Positions 1 through 8,183 of a DNA stretch of 32,000 bases are shown piece by piece (within the stretch, counting starts at the first letter, position 1; every line of letters begins with the position of its first letter). A program made the position numbers and the translations under genes. The notes beneath the pieces were generated by a model. The model was not told where the DNA came from, ran no database searches, and saw only the letters and a program-made list of their open reading frames with translations. The DNA is from Opitutia bacterium KCR 482. Its GTDB lineage: Bacteria; Verrucomicrobiota; Verrucomicrobiia; Opitutales; Intestinicryptomonadaceae. The DNA lies in the NCBI GenBank assembly GCA_029269845.2, contig CP149973.1, positions 480,001 through 512,000 on the forward strand, read 5' to 3'.

Positions 1-1073
1 AACGAAGCGTTCCTCGGAACTGTCCCGCTCGGGACAAGCTCGATTTCGCCGATGTTCATTCTTATCTGGGCATAGTGTGTGGGCGAAGGACTTGTCCGCT
101 TTTCCACGCGCCAATATTTGGCCGTTGTTGAGGGAATCTTGATATAGACCTCGTTGGAATGTTTCTCGAATTTGAGTTCGGCAATTTCGCGGAAGTTTTT
201 GCCGTCGTCGGAGACAAGCAGAAACACGTTCTTGGGATAGAACCAAGACCATTTCAAATTGACGAAAACCGACGACGCCTCGAAGGGCTTTTCGAACTCG
301 AAATCGATTCCGTAGCTCTGGTAGTCGCCTTTTGTTGCGCCGAATGTAAGCGCGGACTTCAAGTCGCCGTCGAGCATGGCGTCGGGCTTGCCGACGAGAA
401 ATTTTGTGATTCCGTTGGCGGGCTTGACGCTTTTGAGCGCGGATTTCATCGCAACTTCGGCGGGACGGAACGCGGGATACGCGACAACCGCAATGTCTTC
501 GTAATAGTCTTTCGAGCCTTTCTTCGTGTGGTCTTTGCCCATCCACGGCTTCGGGAATTTTATGCTCTGCACCTGTCCGTCGCCCTTTGCGCGCACTTTG
601 GAGCTTGTCAGACGCTTCATCGAAAGTTCGGGGGTAATCCACGGGCCGCCCGCCTCCGACCAGCCGTCGCAGTTGTGGATTCCGATTTCCATTCCGTACT
701 TCTTCGCGGTCTCGACTGTGTAGGCAAAATTTTCGAACCACTCTTTTGAATTGAATTTCACCGCGCCTTCGGGAGCGCGTATTGCGTCCGAACCGCTGAT
801 GTTGAAGATTATCGCCGCCCCGTAGTTGTTTTCCGACATCGACTTCAAGTCGCGGTCAATGCCCTCGCGCGAGACGTTCGAGTTTATCCAGTGCCACCAC
901 GTCTGCACGCGCGCCTTGCCTTTCGGCGAAACGAAGCCCTCGAATATCGGCGCGCTTTCGGGCGCGTCCGGATTGTAGTTTGTGTATTTGTAGAACTCGG
1001 AATCGCTCCCCGCGCCCAAGCATGCGTTTGCGGCAAACAACGCCGCAATTCCCGTAATTGTAGCTTTCATCAT
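1..1073 (-). CDS. Secreted glycoside-hydrolase-like protein, N-terminal ~357 aa; the 3' end runs off the left window edge
   Basis: The minus-strand frame is open from ATGATG (1073/1070) to position 1. It is absent from the ORF track because there is no stop in the window. My translation is MMKATITGIAALFAANACLGAGS (signal peptide) ...RVQTWWHWINSNVSREGIDRDLKSMSENNYGAAIIFNI..., a pattern I associate with GH106/GH2-like TIM-barrel hydrolases. A discoidin/F5-8-type-C-like stretch follows (...KYWRVEK...IGEIELV). Track ORF 159..749(+) is its antisense shadow. Confidence 0.75.
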   Translation of the reverse strand, partial: MMKATITGIAALFAANACLGAGSDSEFYKYTNYNPDAPESAPIFEGFVSPKGKARVQTWWHWINSNVSREGIDRDLKSMSENNYGAAIIFNISGSDAIRAPEGAVKFNSKEWFENFAYTVETAKKYGMEIGIHNCDGWSEAGGPWITPELSMKRLTSSKVRAKGDGQVQSIKFPKPWMGKDHTKKGSKDYYEDIAVVAYPAFRPAEVAMKSALKSVKPANGITKFLVGKPDAMLDGDLKSALTFGATKGDYQSYGIDFEFEKPFEASSVFVNLKWSWFYPKNVFLLVSDDGKNFREIAELKFEKHSNEVYIKIPSTTAKYWRVEKRTSPSPTHYAQIRMNIGEIELVPSGTVPRNAS

Positions 1074-1193
1074 AATGAACAAACAATAAACCAACTTCAC
1101 CCACACTTTCAACAATATTTTTGTCCGACACCTGCGCATTTGCGCTTGAAAACGCCGCGCCGCAAAAATAAAGTGCTTTTGAATTTAACACAT

Positions 1194-2039
1194 ATGCCTA
1201 TGAAAAAACTACCGACCAAACTCGTCGCCGCCGCATGCGCGGTTATGTTCTCCGCAAGCGCGTTCGCCGCGCAGACAATCTACATTCACGCGCACAGGGG
1301 CGAACCGCACCTCGCGCCGCAAAACACGCCCGAAAGCATATCCCTTGCGTTCGAGCTCGGCGCGCGCATGATTGAAACCGACTTCCACCTCACGAAAGAC
1401 GGGACGATTGTGTGCATGCACATGCGCAAGGAACTGAGGGACATCTGGGGAATAGACAAAGAGCCGAAAGATTTGACAATCGGGGAAATCCGCGCAAGCA
1501 AGCTCGCCCACCCCGAAAAATTCGACAAACGCTACGCAAACTGCAAAATTCCGACAATCGACGACATCTTCGCCATCATTCCCAAGGACAAGTCGTTCGA
1601 GCTTGAAATCAAGACATACGGCGATGGATTTGCCGACAAGGTCGAAGCAGCCCGCAAGAAGGCGGGGCTTGGCTACAAAAACATTCTAATAACAAGCTTT
1701 GCGCCCGCGGTCATCAAGGACTTCAAGGAAAAATATCCGCAATACGAAACGCTCCTGATTGTCTCATGCCCCAAAAAGGGCAAACTTCCCGCAAAGGAGA
1801 TTATAAAAAAGGCGAAATACGCGAAAGCGTCGCAGGTTGCAATCGGCAACTACAAGAAGCTCGACAGGGCGTACATAAAGGAAATTCAGGACGCGGGATT
1901 CAAGGTCGGCCTTTGGCAGGTCGAAAACCTCAACGACCTCGCCATTGCCGCAAAGCTCGGCGCAGACCGCGTGTGCTCAAACTACTGCGCCAAGCTCCGC
2001 GCCGACTACAAGCGCATAAAAGAGCTGAACATGGAATAA
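1194..2039 (+). CDS. Glycerophosphodiester phosphodiesterase (GDPD) family protein, secreted
   Basis: This is the in-frame ATG at 1194 inside track ORF 891..2039. It begins MPMKKLPTKLVAAACAVMFSASAFA (signal peptide). GDPD motifs are present: IHAHRGEPHLAPQNTPESISLAFELGARMIETDFHLTKDGTIVCMH. The upstream part of the track ORF overlaps the divergent gene and is Arg-rich. Confidence 0.85.
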   Translation: MPMKKLPTKLVAAACAVMFSASAFAAQTIYIHAHRGEPHLAPQNTPESISLAFELGARMIETDFHLTKDGTIVCMHMRKELRDIWGIDKEPKDLTIGEIRASKLAHPEKFDKRYANCKIPTIDDIFAIIPKDKSFELEIKTYGDGFADKVEAARKKAGLGYKNILITSFAPAVIKDFKEKYPQYETLLIVSCPKKGKLPAKEIIKKAKYAKASQVAIGNYKKLDRAYIKEIQDAGFKVGLWQVENLNDLAIAAKLGADRVCSNYCAKLRADYKRIKELNME

Positions 2040-2072
2040 ACCCCGACGCGAAAAAAAATCGCAAAACGAAAA

Positions 2073-2099
2073 CGCGGAAAATTTTTCCGCGCTTTTTTT
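2073..2099. terminator. Bidirectional intrinsic terminator between convergent GDPD and hemC
   Basis: Perfect palindrome cgcggaaaatttttccgcg (2073-2091). It is followed by ctttttttg on + and preceded by an A-rich run, which gives a T-run on the minus strand. Confidence 0.7.
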
Positions 2100-2236
2100 G
2101 CGGGTGTGGGCGTTCGAAACAAGCCCGAAAAAATCGGCACGCGCAAACGCGCTTTCCAAAATTCAAGACGCAAAACAAAAAACAGCCGCGACGCCGCAGC
2201 CCCCCCGAACGCATGCGCGGGAAAGCGGACAAGCCG

Positions 2237-3091
2237 CTATTTTGCGGCTTTTGCTATCTCGCGGACTGTCGCGAGCTTCGATTCGAAGTCGGAATTTTCG
2301 GGGAAGGCGATTTTCTGGAAGCCCGTGTTTTCGTGGTAGAATCTGAAAAATTCGCCGTTGTAGTTCGCCGCGTAGGCGACCTGACAGCCGCCGCCCAACG
2401 CCGACAAAAACTCGCGCTCCAACGCAAAAGTCTCGAACGCCGACTTGTCGAAAAGCTCCGAAAAAAACGGCAAATCGCCGCGCCTGCATTCCAGCGCGAC
2501 AATCCCCTGCCCCACTGCGGGCACGCATACGTCGATTTTCAGCGGCGAAAACGACACCCCAGAGTAGGATTCTATCCCCAGACGCTTCAAGCCCGCCTCC
2601 GACAGCACCGACGCGTCGGCGTCGCCGCCCGCAATTTTGCCGAGCCGCGTTTCCACGTTTCCGCGAAGCTCAGTCCAAACCGCGTGCGGAAAAAGCCGCT
2701 TCAACTGCGACCTCCTGCGCGGGCTTCCCGTGGCGATTAGCGACGGCACAGACACGCCGTTGCGCAGCACCATTACGTCGCGGCAGGCGTCGCGCGGCAG
2801 ACAGCCCGCAAGGGCGAGCTGTTCGGGCATTTCGGTTGGCAAATCCTTCGCGCTGTGAACCGCCAAATCGGCGTCGCCCGCAATGAGAGCCTCCTCGATT
2901 TCCTTTGTAAAAAGCCCCTTGCCGCCGTATTTTTCAAGCGACCAGTCCTGACGCTTGTCGCCCGATGTCCTGATTTCGAGCGTCTCGATATCGGCGTCCC
3001 CGCCGAGCTTTCCGCGCAGAAACTCCGCCGTCATTCGCGCCTGAACGAGCGCGAGCGGGCTTCCCCTTGTCGCCATTCTGATTTTCCGCAT
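2237..3091 (-). CDS. hemC: Porphobilinogen deaminase (hydroxymethylbilane synthase)
   Basis: Start taken at ATG 3091 (MRKIRMATRGSPLALVQA...), which is residue 50 of track ORF 2237..3238. HemC hallmarks are present: RGSPLAL, HSAKDLP, RGNVETRL and the cofactor-Cys motif LGGGCQVA. The longer track ORF would overlap ilvC. Confidence 0.93.
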   Translation of the reverse strand: MRKIRMATRGSPLALVQARMTAEFLRGKLGGDADIETLEIRTSGDKRQDWSLEKYGGKGLFTKEIEEALIAGDADLAVHSAKDLPTEMPEQLALAGCLPRDACRDVMVLRNGVSVPSLIATGSPRRRSQLKRLFPHAVWTELRGNVETRLGKIAGGDADASVLSEAGLKRLGIESYSGVSFSPLKIDVCVPAVGQGIVALECRRGDLPFFSELFDKSAFETFALEREFLSALGGGCQVAYAANYNGEFFRFYHENTGFQKIAFPENSDFESKLATVREIAKAAK

Positions 3092-3095
3092 AAAT

Positions 3096-4151
3096 TTATT
3101 TCCGTTTTCCGTTCGGAGCGTCGAAAAGCGCGGAATACGCCGCTTTTGCCCCCTTCGCGTTCTGCTTCGCCGCCCACGGCATGAGCGAACGCAGACGCTG
3201 CCCGACCTTTTCAATCGGGTGCTTTTCTCCGTCCGCAAGGAGCTTGTTGTATTTTTTCAGCCCGCCCGCGTATTCCGCCGCCCACTCCTTCGCGAATTTT
3301 CCGCTCTGGATTTCCTTCAAGACGCGCTCCATTTCGCGCTTGGACCTGTCGCCGACAACCCTTTGCCCGCGCGTGATTCCGCCGTATTTCGCGGTGTCCG
3401 AAACCGTCGAAAGCATGCCAGATACCCCGCTTTGGCAAATGGAATCCACAATGAATTTCAGCTCGTGGCAGCATTCAAAATACGCCATTTCGGGCTTGTA
3501 GCCCGCCTTTACGAGCGTCTCGAACGCCGACTGCACAAGCGACACCAAGCCGCCGCACAAAACAGCCTGCTCGCCGAAAAGGTCGGTTTCCGTCTCCTCT
3601 TTGAACGTCGTTTCAATCACGCCCGCACGGGTCGCGCCAATGCCGTGCGCCCACGCAAGCGCGGTCGCCTTGGCGTCCCTGCCGCCGCGCTCTACGGCAA
3701 TCAACGCGGGTACGCCCCTGCCCTCCAAATAAAGCGAACGCACCGTGTGCCCCTGACCTTTCGGCGCAACCAAAACCGCGTTCACGCCGTCGGGAATCTT
3801 CACAAGCCCCGAATGCACCGTAAGCCCGTGCAAAAAGACAAGCGTCTTGCCCTTCGAAAGATTCGGCAAAATGTCGCGCCCGAAAATTTCGGGCTGCTCC
3901 ATGTCGGGAAGTGCGATAAGCGCGACGTCCGCAAGCTTGACAGCTGCGGCGGGCGAAACCACATCGAAGCCGCACTTTTCGGCGGCGGCAACCGCCCCGC
4001 TCTTCGGATAAAGCCCCACAATCACGCGGTGCCCGCCGTCCCTGAGGTTCATGGCGTGCGCGCGCCCCTGCGAACCGAAGCCGATAACCGCCAATATCTT
4101 GTTTTTTAAGAACTTTCCGTTTACGTCCTTTTCCTTGAAAATCTTTGTCAT
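3096..4151 (-). CDS. ilvC: Ketol-acid reductoisomerase (class I)
   Basis: 351 aa. It shows ILAVIGFGSQGRAHAMNLRDGG (Rossmann/NADPH site), LFGEQAVLCGG and other typical KARI sequence. The stop at 3096 lies 4 nt before the hemC start. Confidence 0.95.
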   Translation of the reverse strand: MTKIFKEKDVNGKFLKNKILAVIGFGSQGRAHAMNLRDGGHRVIVGLYPKSGAVAAAEKCGFDVVSPAAAVKLADVALIALPDMEQPEIFGRDILPNLSKGKTLVFLHGLTVHSGLVKIPDGVNAVLVAPKGQGHTVRSLYLEGRGVPALIAVERGGRDAKATALAWAHGIGATRAGVIETTFKEETETDLFGEQAVLCGGLVSLVQSAFETLVKAGYKPEMAYFECCHELKFIVDSICQSGVSGMLSTVSDTAKYGGITRGQRVVGDRSKREMERVLKEIQSGKFAKEWAAEYAGGLKKYNKLLADGEKHPIEKVGQRLRSLMPWAAKQNAKGAKAAYSALFDAPNGKRK

Positions 4152-4243
4152 GGCAAGCTATGTTAAAGTTTGACAAATTCCAAAACAAAGCAATCCACCC
4201 ACGACGGGTGAATTGCCGCAAAAACGGAATGCCGAAGAACCTG

Positions 4244-4735
4244 TCAGTCTTCCGCAACGACGCCGCGTTCGAGGGCGACACTTCCCGTTCGCGCCATGTC
4301 GATAATGCCGAACGGCTTAATCATGCCCATGAAACCCTTGATTTTATTGGCGTTGCCCGTGCATTCGATAATCAGCGAAGTCGCGTCAACGTCGATAACC
4401 TTGGCGCGGAAGAGGTCGGCAACCTGAACGATTTCGGGACGGGTCTTGGAATCGGCCTTGACCTTTACGAGGACAAGCTCGCGCGCAACAAACGCGTCGA
4501 CGTGGGAAAAATCCTTCACATCGATAACGTTTACAAATTTGTCGAGCTGCTTGACACATTGCTCGACACTGTTGCGCCCCTCTTTTACGGTCACCGTAAT
4601 GCGCGAGTATTTGCCGCCTACGAGCGGCCCGACGTTCAGAGTTTCGATATTAAAACCTCTGCCGCTGAACATTCCGGCGACGCGCGCAAGCACGCCGAAT
4701 TTATTTTCAACAAGAGCCGATATAGTATGATTCAT
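4244..4735 (-). CDS. ilvN: Acetolactate synthase small (regulatory) subunit
   Basis: 163 aa. MNHTISALVENKFGVLARVAGMFSGRGFNIETLNVGP... is a classical ACT-domain IlvN/IlvH N-terminus. It lies immediately upstream of ilvC. Confidence 0.93.
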   Translation of the reverse strand: MNHTISALVENKFGVLARVAGMFSGRGFNIETLNVGPLVGGKYSRITVTVKEGRNSVEQCVKQLDKFVNVIDVKDFSHVDAFVARELVLVKVKADSKTRPEIVQVADLFRAKVIDVDATSLIIECTGNANKIKGFMGMIKPFGIIDMARTGSVALERGVVAED

Positions 4736-4913
4736 AGACAGCAGATAAAATAGCGCGGAAAAATATTTGCAAGACTAAAACCGCCCCTACCCGCCCCAGA
4801 ATGCCTGCACGAAACGATGTTAAGACACACCCCAGAAAAAAAAATGACAGTAGCCTAAAAAAATGCTTGCCATGAAAAAGCGAATCGGCAATATGGGACA
4901 AATAAAAAATTGA

Positions 4914-4990
4914 GGGCGATTAGCTCAGTTGGTTAGAGCGTCTGTCTTACACACAGAATGTCGCAGGTTCGAGTCCTACATCGCCCACCA
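4914..4990 (+). tRNA. tRNA-Val (anticodon UAC), CCA encoded
   Basis: Acceptor stem gggcgat (4914-4920) pairs with atcgccc (4980-4986). D-arm is tagctcagttggttaga. Anticodon stem-loop is tctgt-cttacac-acaga with TAC at 4948-4950. T-arm is gcaggttcgagtcctgc-like. Discriminator is A, followed by CCA (4988-4990). Confidence 0.93.
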
Positions 4991-4996
4991 TTTGAA

Positions 4997-5033
4997 AAGC
5001 CGCAAGTTCAACAACTTGCGGCTTTTTGTTTTT
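4997..5033 (+). terminator. Intrinsic terminator after tRNA-Val
   Basis: Stem aagccgcaagtt (4997-5008), loop caac, stem aacttgcggctt (5013-5024), followed by tttgttttt. Confidence 0.8.
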
Positions 5034-5325
5034 CGCAAGTCGGGTCAACACCAAAGAGAGTGGATGTTAATGAAAGACGCCGCATAGCCCCCCCCTTTTT
5101 TTACCCTCCTTTTTTTACTCATTGCACAATCTTTGACGTTGAGCGGAAAATCTGCGATTACAATGAGGCGCATATGAAGCGGCTTGCAATCAAAGCCGAC
5201 GATAAAAACGCCGCTTGCGCCGTCGAAAATTCGCGACGCGGTTGGGAGAATCCGCCGAAAGCTTGCGACTTTTTTATTGTTTTAATTTGCAAAAAACCGT
5301 GCGGGCGTTTCGAACGGACAGACAT

Positions 5326-5359
5326 AAAAAAAACCGCGGTCTTTCGACTGCGGTTTTTT
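5326..5359. terminator. Intrinsic terminator ending the pgi / coiled-coil / lipoprotein transcription unit (usable on both strands)
   Basis: aaaaaaaa-ccgcggtc-tttc-gactgcgg-tttttt. The stem is 8 bp, flanked by an A-run and a T-run. It sits 6 nt downstream of the minus-strand stop at 5365. Confidence 0.7.
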
Positions 5360-5364
5360 GTAAA

Positions 5365-5556
5365 TTAATAGCGTGTCGGGTTGCCGATCCCGCCCATTCC
5401 GGGCAAGCCGCCCTCCCATGACGCGGGTTTTCCCCACGGAAGGTCGCCGCCGTCCGTCGCCCGCGACGGCAGGCTCTTCTTATGTTCCGTGGATTCGCAA
5501 CCGACGATAAACACTGAGCACAAAGCCATTACCGCCAAAAGCAATATTTTCTTCAT
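5365..5556 (-). CDS. Small lipoprotein (63 aa), function unknown
   Basis: MKKILLLAVMALCSVFIVGCES... is a signal peptide with lipobox (IVGC). The start ATG is verified at 5554-5556. It lies 21 nt after the upstream gene stop. Confidence 0.6.
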   Translation of the reverse strand: MKKILLLAVMALCSVFIVGCESTEHKKSLPSRATDGGDLPWGKPASWEGGLPGMGGIGNPTRY

Positions 5557-5577
5557 ACGAAGTGTCTATCGAAACGG

Positions 5578-6489
5578 TTATGCGTTGTCGGCGGCGGGTT
5601 TTTCCGCTTCCGCTTTCGGCGTTTCCGCCGTCAATTCCAAGAGGTCGCCCTCTTCTATTGTTTCGGGAATGCCGACTTTCGGGTTAATCAGTCCGAGAGC
5701 CACGTTGTCGCGCACTTCGTTAATCACGATTTCGGAAACAAGCACGCCGTCGCGTTTAAGCTGTATTTTCTGGTACTGTTTCACGCCGTCGGCCTCGCCC
5801 TTGTTTATTACGACAATCGCGTCTTCGGGCATGGATTTCAGGACTGTCGCGATATCGCCCTTGGGGGTATAGGGAATTTTTACGACTTTCTTGACAACCT
5901 TTTTGCCGCTTGCGTCAATCTCGACGACATCGACGACTTCCGAGGCTTCGAGTGTCTTGATTTTCTTTTCGGCGTCTTCGAGAGCTTTCGATTTTGTGGC
6001 AAGCTGCGATTCTAGCGACGAAACCTTTTCCTTCAAGACGTCTGATTCGTCGTTCTTGGCGAGCAATGTCTTTGTGGAAACGATTTCGCGTTTGAGGGTT
6101 TCGATAAGCGAATCCTTCTGCGCAATCTGTTTTCTTGCCGCCGCCGCGTTTGCGTTGAGCGAGCGGATTTCCGCGTTCTTTTTGACGATTTCCGCGTTCG
6201 CCTGAACGCTCTTTGCGCGTTCGGATTCGAGTTCGGAATTCGCCTCCTGATTGCGTTGTTCCACGGTGCGCAAACGCCCCTTCAAGCCTTCGATAGACTC
6301 TTTGTTGTCGGCGATGGTTTTCAAAAGTCCGGGGACTTTCGGAGCTTTTTCGGAAAGGGTCGCTCCGGGGACGCCCTTCATGTGGTTTTCCGCCGAGCTG
6401 ATTTTGCCGCGAACGTCAATCCACGCGTAAACGCAGAACGCCGCCGCCAAAAGCGCGACGATTTTGAGAGATAGGGATACTGCTTTCAT
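5578..6489 (-). CDS. Membrane-anchored coiled-coil protein, function unknown
   Basis: 303 aa. It has an N-terminal hydrophobic helix (LKIVALLAAAFCVYAWI), about 170 aa of heptad-like Glu/Lys/Ala/Leu-rich sequence and a C-terminal beta-rich region. The ATG at 6489 is 3 nt after the pgi stop (6493). Confidence 0.75.
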   Translation of the reverse strand: MKAVSLSLKIVALLAAAFCVYAWIDVRGKISSAENHMKGVPGATLSEKAPKVPGLLKTIADNKESIEGLKGRLRTVEQRNQEANSELESERAKSVQANAEIVKKNAEIRSLNANAAAARKQIAQKDSLIETLKREIVSTKTLLAKNDESDVLKEKVSSLESQLATKSKALEDAEKKIKTLEASEVVDVVEIDASGKKVVKKVVKIPYTPKGDIATVLKSMPEDAIVVINKGEADGVKQYQKIQLKRDGVLVSEIVINEVRDNVALGLINPKVGIPETIEEGDLLELTAETPKAEAEKPAADNA

Positions 6490-6492
6490 TTG

Positions 6493-8064
6493 TTATTTCG
6501 ATATTATAAATTTCCGGTCGAATCCGCTCCCCGACGCGACTTTCACGCCCGTCAACGGGTTGGATATCAAGTGAACGAGAACTTTAAATACCAATTCCGT
6601 TTCGTTTTCAAGCTTTATTTCAGCGGCAATTTCTTCCACAGACTTTTCCTGCGATTCCGAAAGCGCGGCGAGAATCTTAGCCTTGATTTCGAGGATATGT
6701 CCCGCCGCCTTTTTGCCCGCTTCGACGCCGGGTTGGTGGTATGCGTTGATGTTCACCAGCGACGCATAGAAGCCTACCGCCCTGTCGTAGAGCGCGATAA
6801 GCATGCCTACCGTCTGCGGCGAGCAGTCTTTAACCGTGAGCGTAATGCTGTCTCTGCCCTTTGCCGAAAGCGCTTCGCGCGTGCCGAGCAGGAACGCCTG
6901 CAAGTAGTCTCCCGCGGTTTCGCCCGCGGCGACTTCGGGGCTTGCGCCCTTGCGGTCGGAGAGCACTTCGATAAACGTTGCAAAAAAGTTGTTTACGCCG
7001 TCGCGCAGCTGCTGGACGTATGCGTGCTGGTCGGTAGAGCCTTTGTTGCCGTAGACCGAAATGCCCTGTTCTACTTTGTTGCCGTCGAGGTCAAGCTCTT
7101 TGCCGAGCGATTCCATGATGAGCTGTTGGAGGTATCTCGAAAGGAGGAGGAGTCTGTCTTTATAGGGCAGAATCACCATGTCTTTCAGACCCTTGCCGCC
7201 CGTGCATTTGTACCACATGAGCGCGAGCAACGCGGCGGGGTTTTTGGCGATTTTCGTTGCGCGGGTAGCCTTGTCCATCGCCGCCGCACCTGCGAGCATT
7301 TTGTCAATCTTGATGCCCTGCAATGCCGCGGGGAGCAGACCGACCGCCGCGAATTCGCTCGTTCTTCCGCCGACCCAGTCCCACATCGGGAAGAATTCGA
7401 GGAAGCCCTTTTCCTTTGCGAAATTGTAGAGTTTGCTGTTGTGCCCCGTTGTTACGACTGCGTGTTTTGCGAAGTCAAGCCCCGCCGCCTCCCAGCGGGC
7501 GATTGCTTCCATCATGCCGTTGCGGGGCTCGGGAGTGCCGCCCGATTTCGACGTCACGACTGCGAGCGTTTTGCCGAGCTTGCCGCGGAGTTTGTCGAAC
7601 ACGACATCGTAGCCGTCGGGGTCTGTATTGTCGAGGAAGAAGACCTGCATTTTGTCGGTGCGGGGCGAGCAAAGTGCTTCGCTTACGAACTGCGGGCCGA
7701 GAGCCGAGCCGCCGATGCCGATGCAGAGAACGTATTTGAACTTGCCGTCCGCGCCGCAGATTTCGCCCTTGTGGATTTTCTTTGCGAAGTCCTTGATTTT
7801 TTCGACGGTGCCCTTGATTTCGTTTTTGATTTCTTCGGTCGGGGCGAGGTCGGGCGTGCGGAGCCAGTAGTGCCCGACCATTCTGTTTTCGTCGGGGTTG
7901 GCGATTGCGCCCTTTTCGAGAGCCTGCATGGCCGCGAACGCGTCCTTCATTTTGCCGCTCATGGAGCTTAAATAAGCGTCGTCGAAATCGACTCTGCTGA
8001 CGTCAATGCCGAAACCGAGGTTGTTCAAACCGAGGTAGTATTTCTTATAACGTTCCCAAGACAT
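6493..8064 (-). CDS. pgi: Glucose-6-phosphate isomerase
   Basis: 523 aa. PGI family sequence is present throughout (...[14 protein letters not shown]..., [37 protein letters not shown], ...[12 protein letters not shown]). Confidence 0.95.
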   Translation of the reverse strand: MSWERYKKYYLGLNNLGFGIDVSRVDFDDAYLSSMSGKMKDAFAAMQALEKGAIANPDENRMVGHYWLRTPDLAPTEEIKNEIKGTVEKIKDFAKKIHKGEICGADGKFKYVLCIGIGGSALGPQFVSEALCSPRTDKMQVFFLDNTDPDGYDVVFDKLRGKLGKTLAVVTSKSGGTPEPRNGMMEAIARWEAAGLDFAKHAVVTTGHNSKLYNFAKEKGFLEFFPMWDWVGGRTSEFAAVGLLPAALQGIKIDKMLAGAAAMDKATRATKIAKNPAALLALMWYKCTGGKGLKDMVILPYKDRLLLLSRYLQQLIMESLGKELDLDGNKVEQGISVYGNKGSTDQHAYVQQLRDGVNNFFATFIEVLSDRKGASPEVAAGETAGDYLQAFLLGTREALSAKGRDSITLTVKDCSPQTVGMLIALYDRAVGFYASLVNINAYHQPGVEAGKKAAGHILEIKAKILAALSESQEKSVEEIAAEIKLENETELVFKVLVHLISNPLTGVKVASGSGFDRKFIISK

Positions 8065-8093
8065 AGTTGTATTGAATTAAAATTGAAAACAAG

Positions 8094-8122
8094 ATTATAC
8101 GCGCTTGCGCTCTTGGCAATTA
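8094..8122 (-). promoter_or_regulatory. Candidate pgi promoter (perfect -10)
   Basis: On the minus strand a TATAAT hexamer (8094-8099) sits 29 nt upstream of the pgi ATG. The -35 region is weak (TAATTG/TTGCCA at non-ideal spacing). Confidence 0.3.
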
Positions 8123-8140
8123 AATTTTGCGCAAGCGGCA

Positions 8141-8166
8141 TAAAAAAGGCGCGCGGGTTGCGCGCC
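8141..8166 (-). terminator. Intrinsic terminator after the 8184..10307 gene
   Basis: Minus strand reads ggcgcgc-aaccc-gcgcgcc followed by ttttttat. It lies 18 nt downstream of the stop at 8184. Confidence 0.8.
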
Positions 8167-8183
8167 GAAGCGGAGCTTGCCGG

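Noticed and set aside
4707-4901. ORF 4707..4901(-) of 64 aa, upstream of and overlapping the ilvN start.
   Set aside because: It overlaps the ilvN start region out of frame, lies in an AT-rich leader with homopolymer runs, and has a hydrophobic low-complexity translation with no ribosome-binding site.
5174-5368. A 64-aa ORF (MKRLAIKADDKNAACAVENSRRGWENPPKACDFF...) with a GAGG 5 nt upstream of its ATG, in the tRNA / lipoprotein intergenic region.
   Set aside because: Its second half runs through the A-run, hairpin and T-run of the terminator at 5326-5359 and overlaps the stop of the convergent lipoprotein gene. The C-terminal sequence (FRLRFFVN) looks like translated terminator. I recognise no family. 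A shorter genuine peptide cannot be excluded.
6490-7971. Long antisense ORFs opposite well-supported genes: 6490..7971(+) opposite pgi, 21369..23537(+) opposite M48/gatB, 12536..13969(+) opposite the CapD-like gene, 18300..19709(+) opposite the helicase, 29607..30701(+) opposite the GH gene. Also 24336..25382(+), 14806..15714(+), 8127..8993(+), 3219..4109(+) and 159..749(+).
   Set aside because: Each lies fully within a gene on the other strand that has strong family motifs. Their translations are Arg/Ala/Val-rich and low in complexity, with no motifs. This is the typical stop-codon-poor shadow frame of GC-rich coding DNA.
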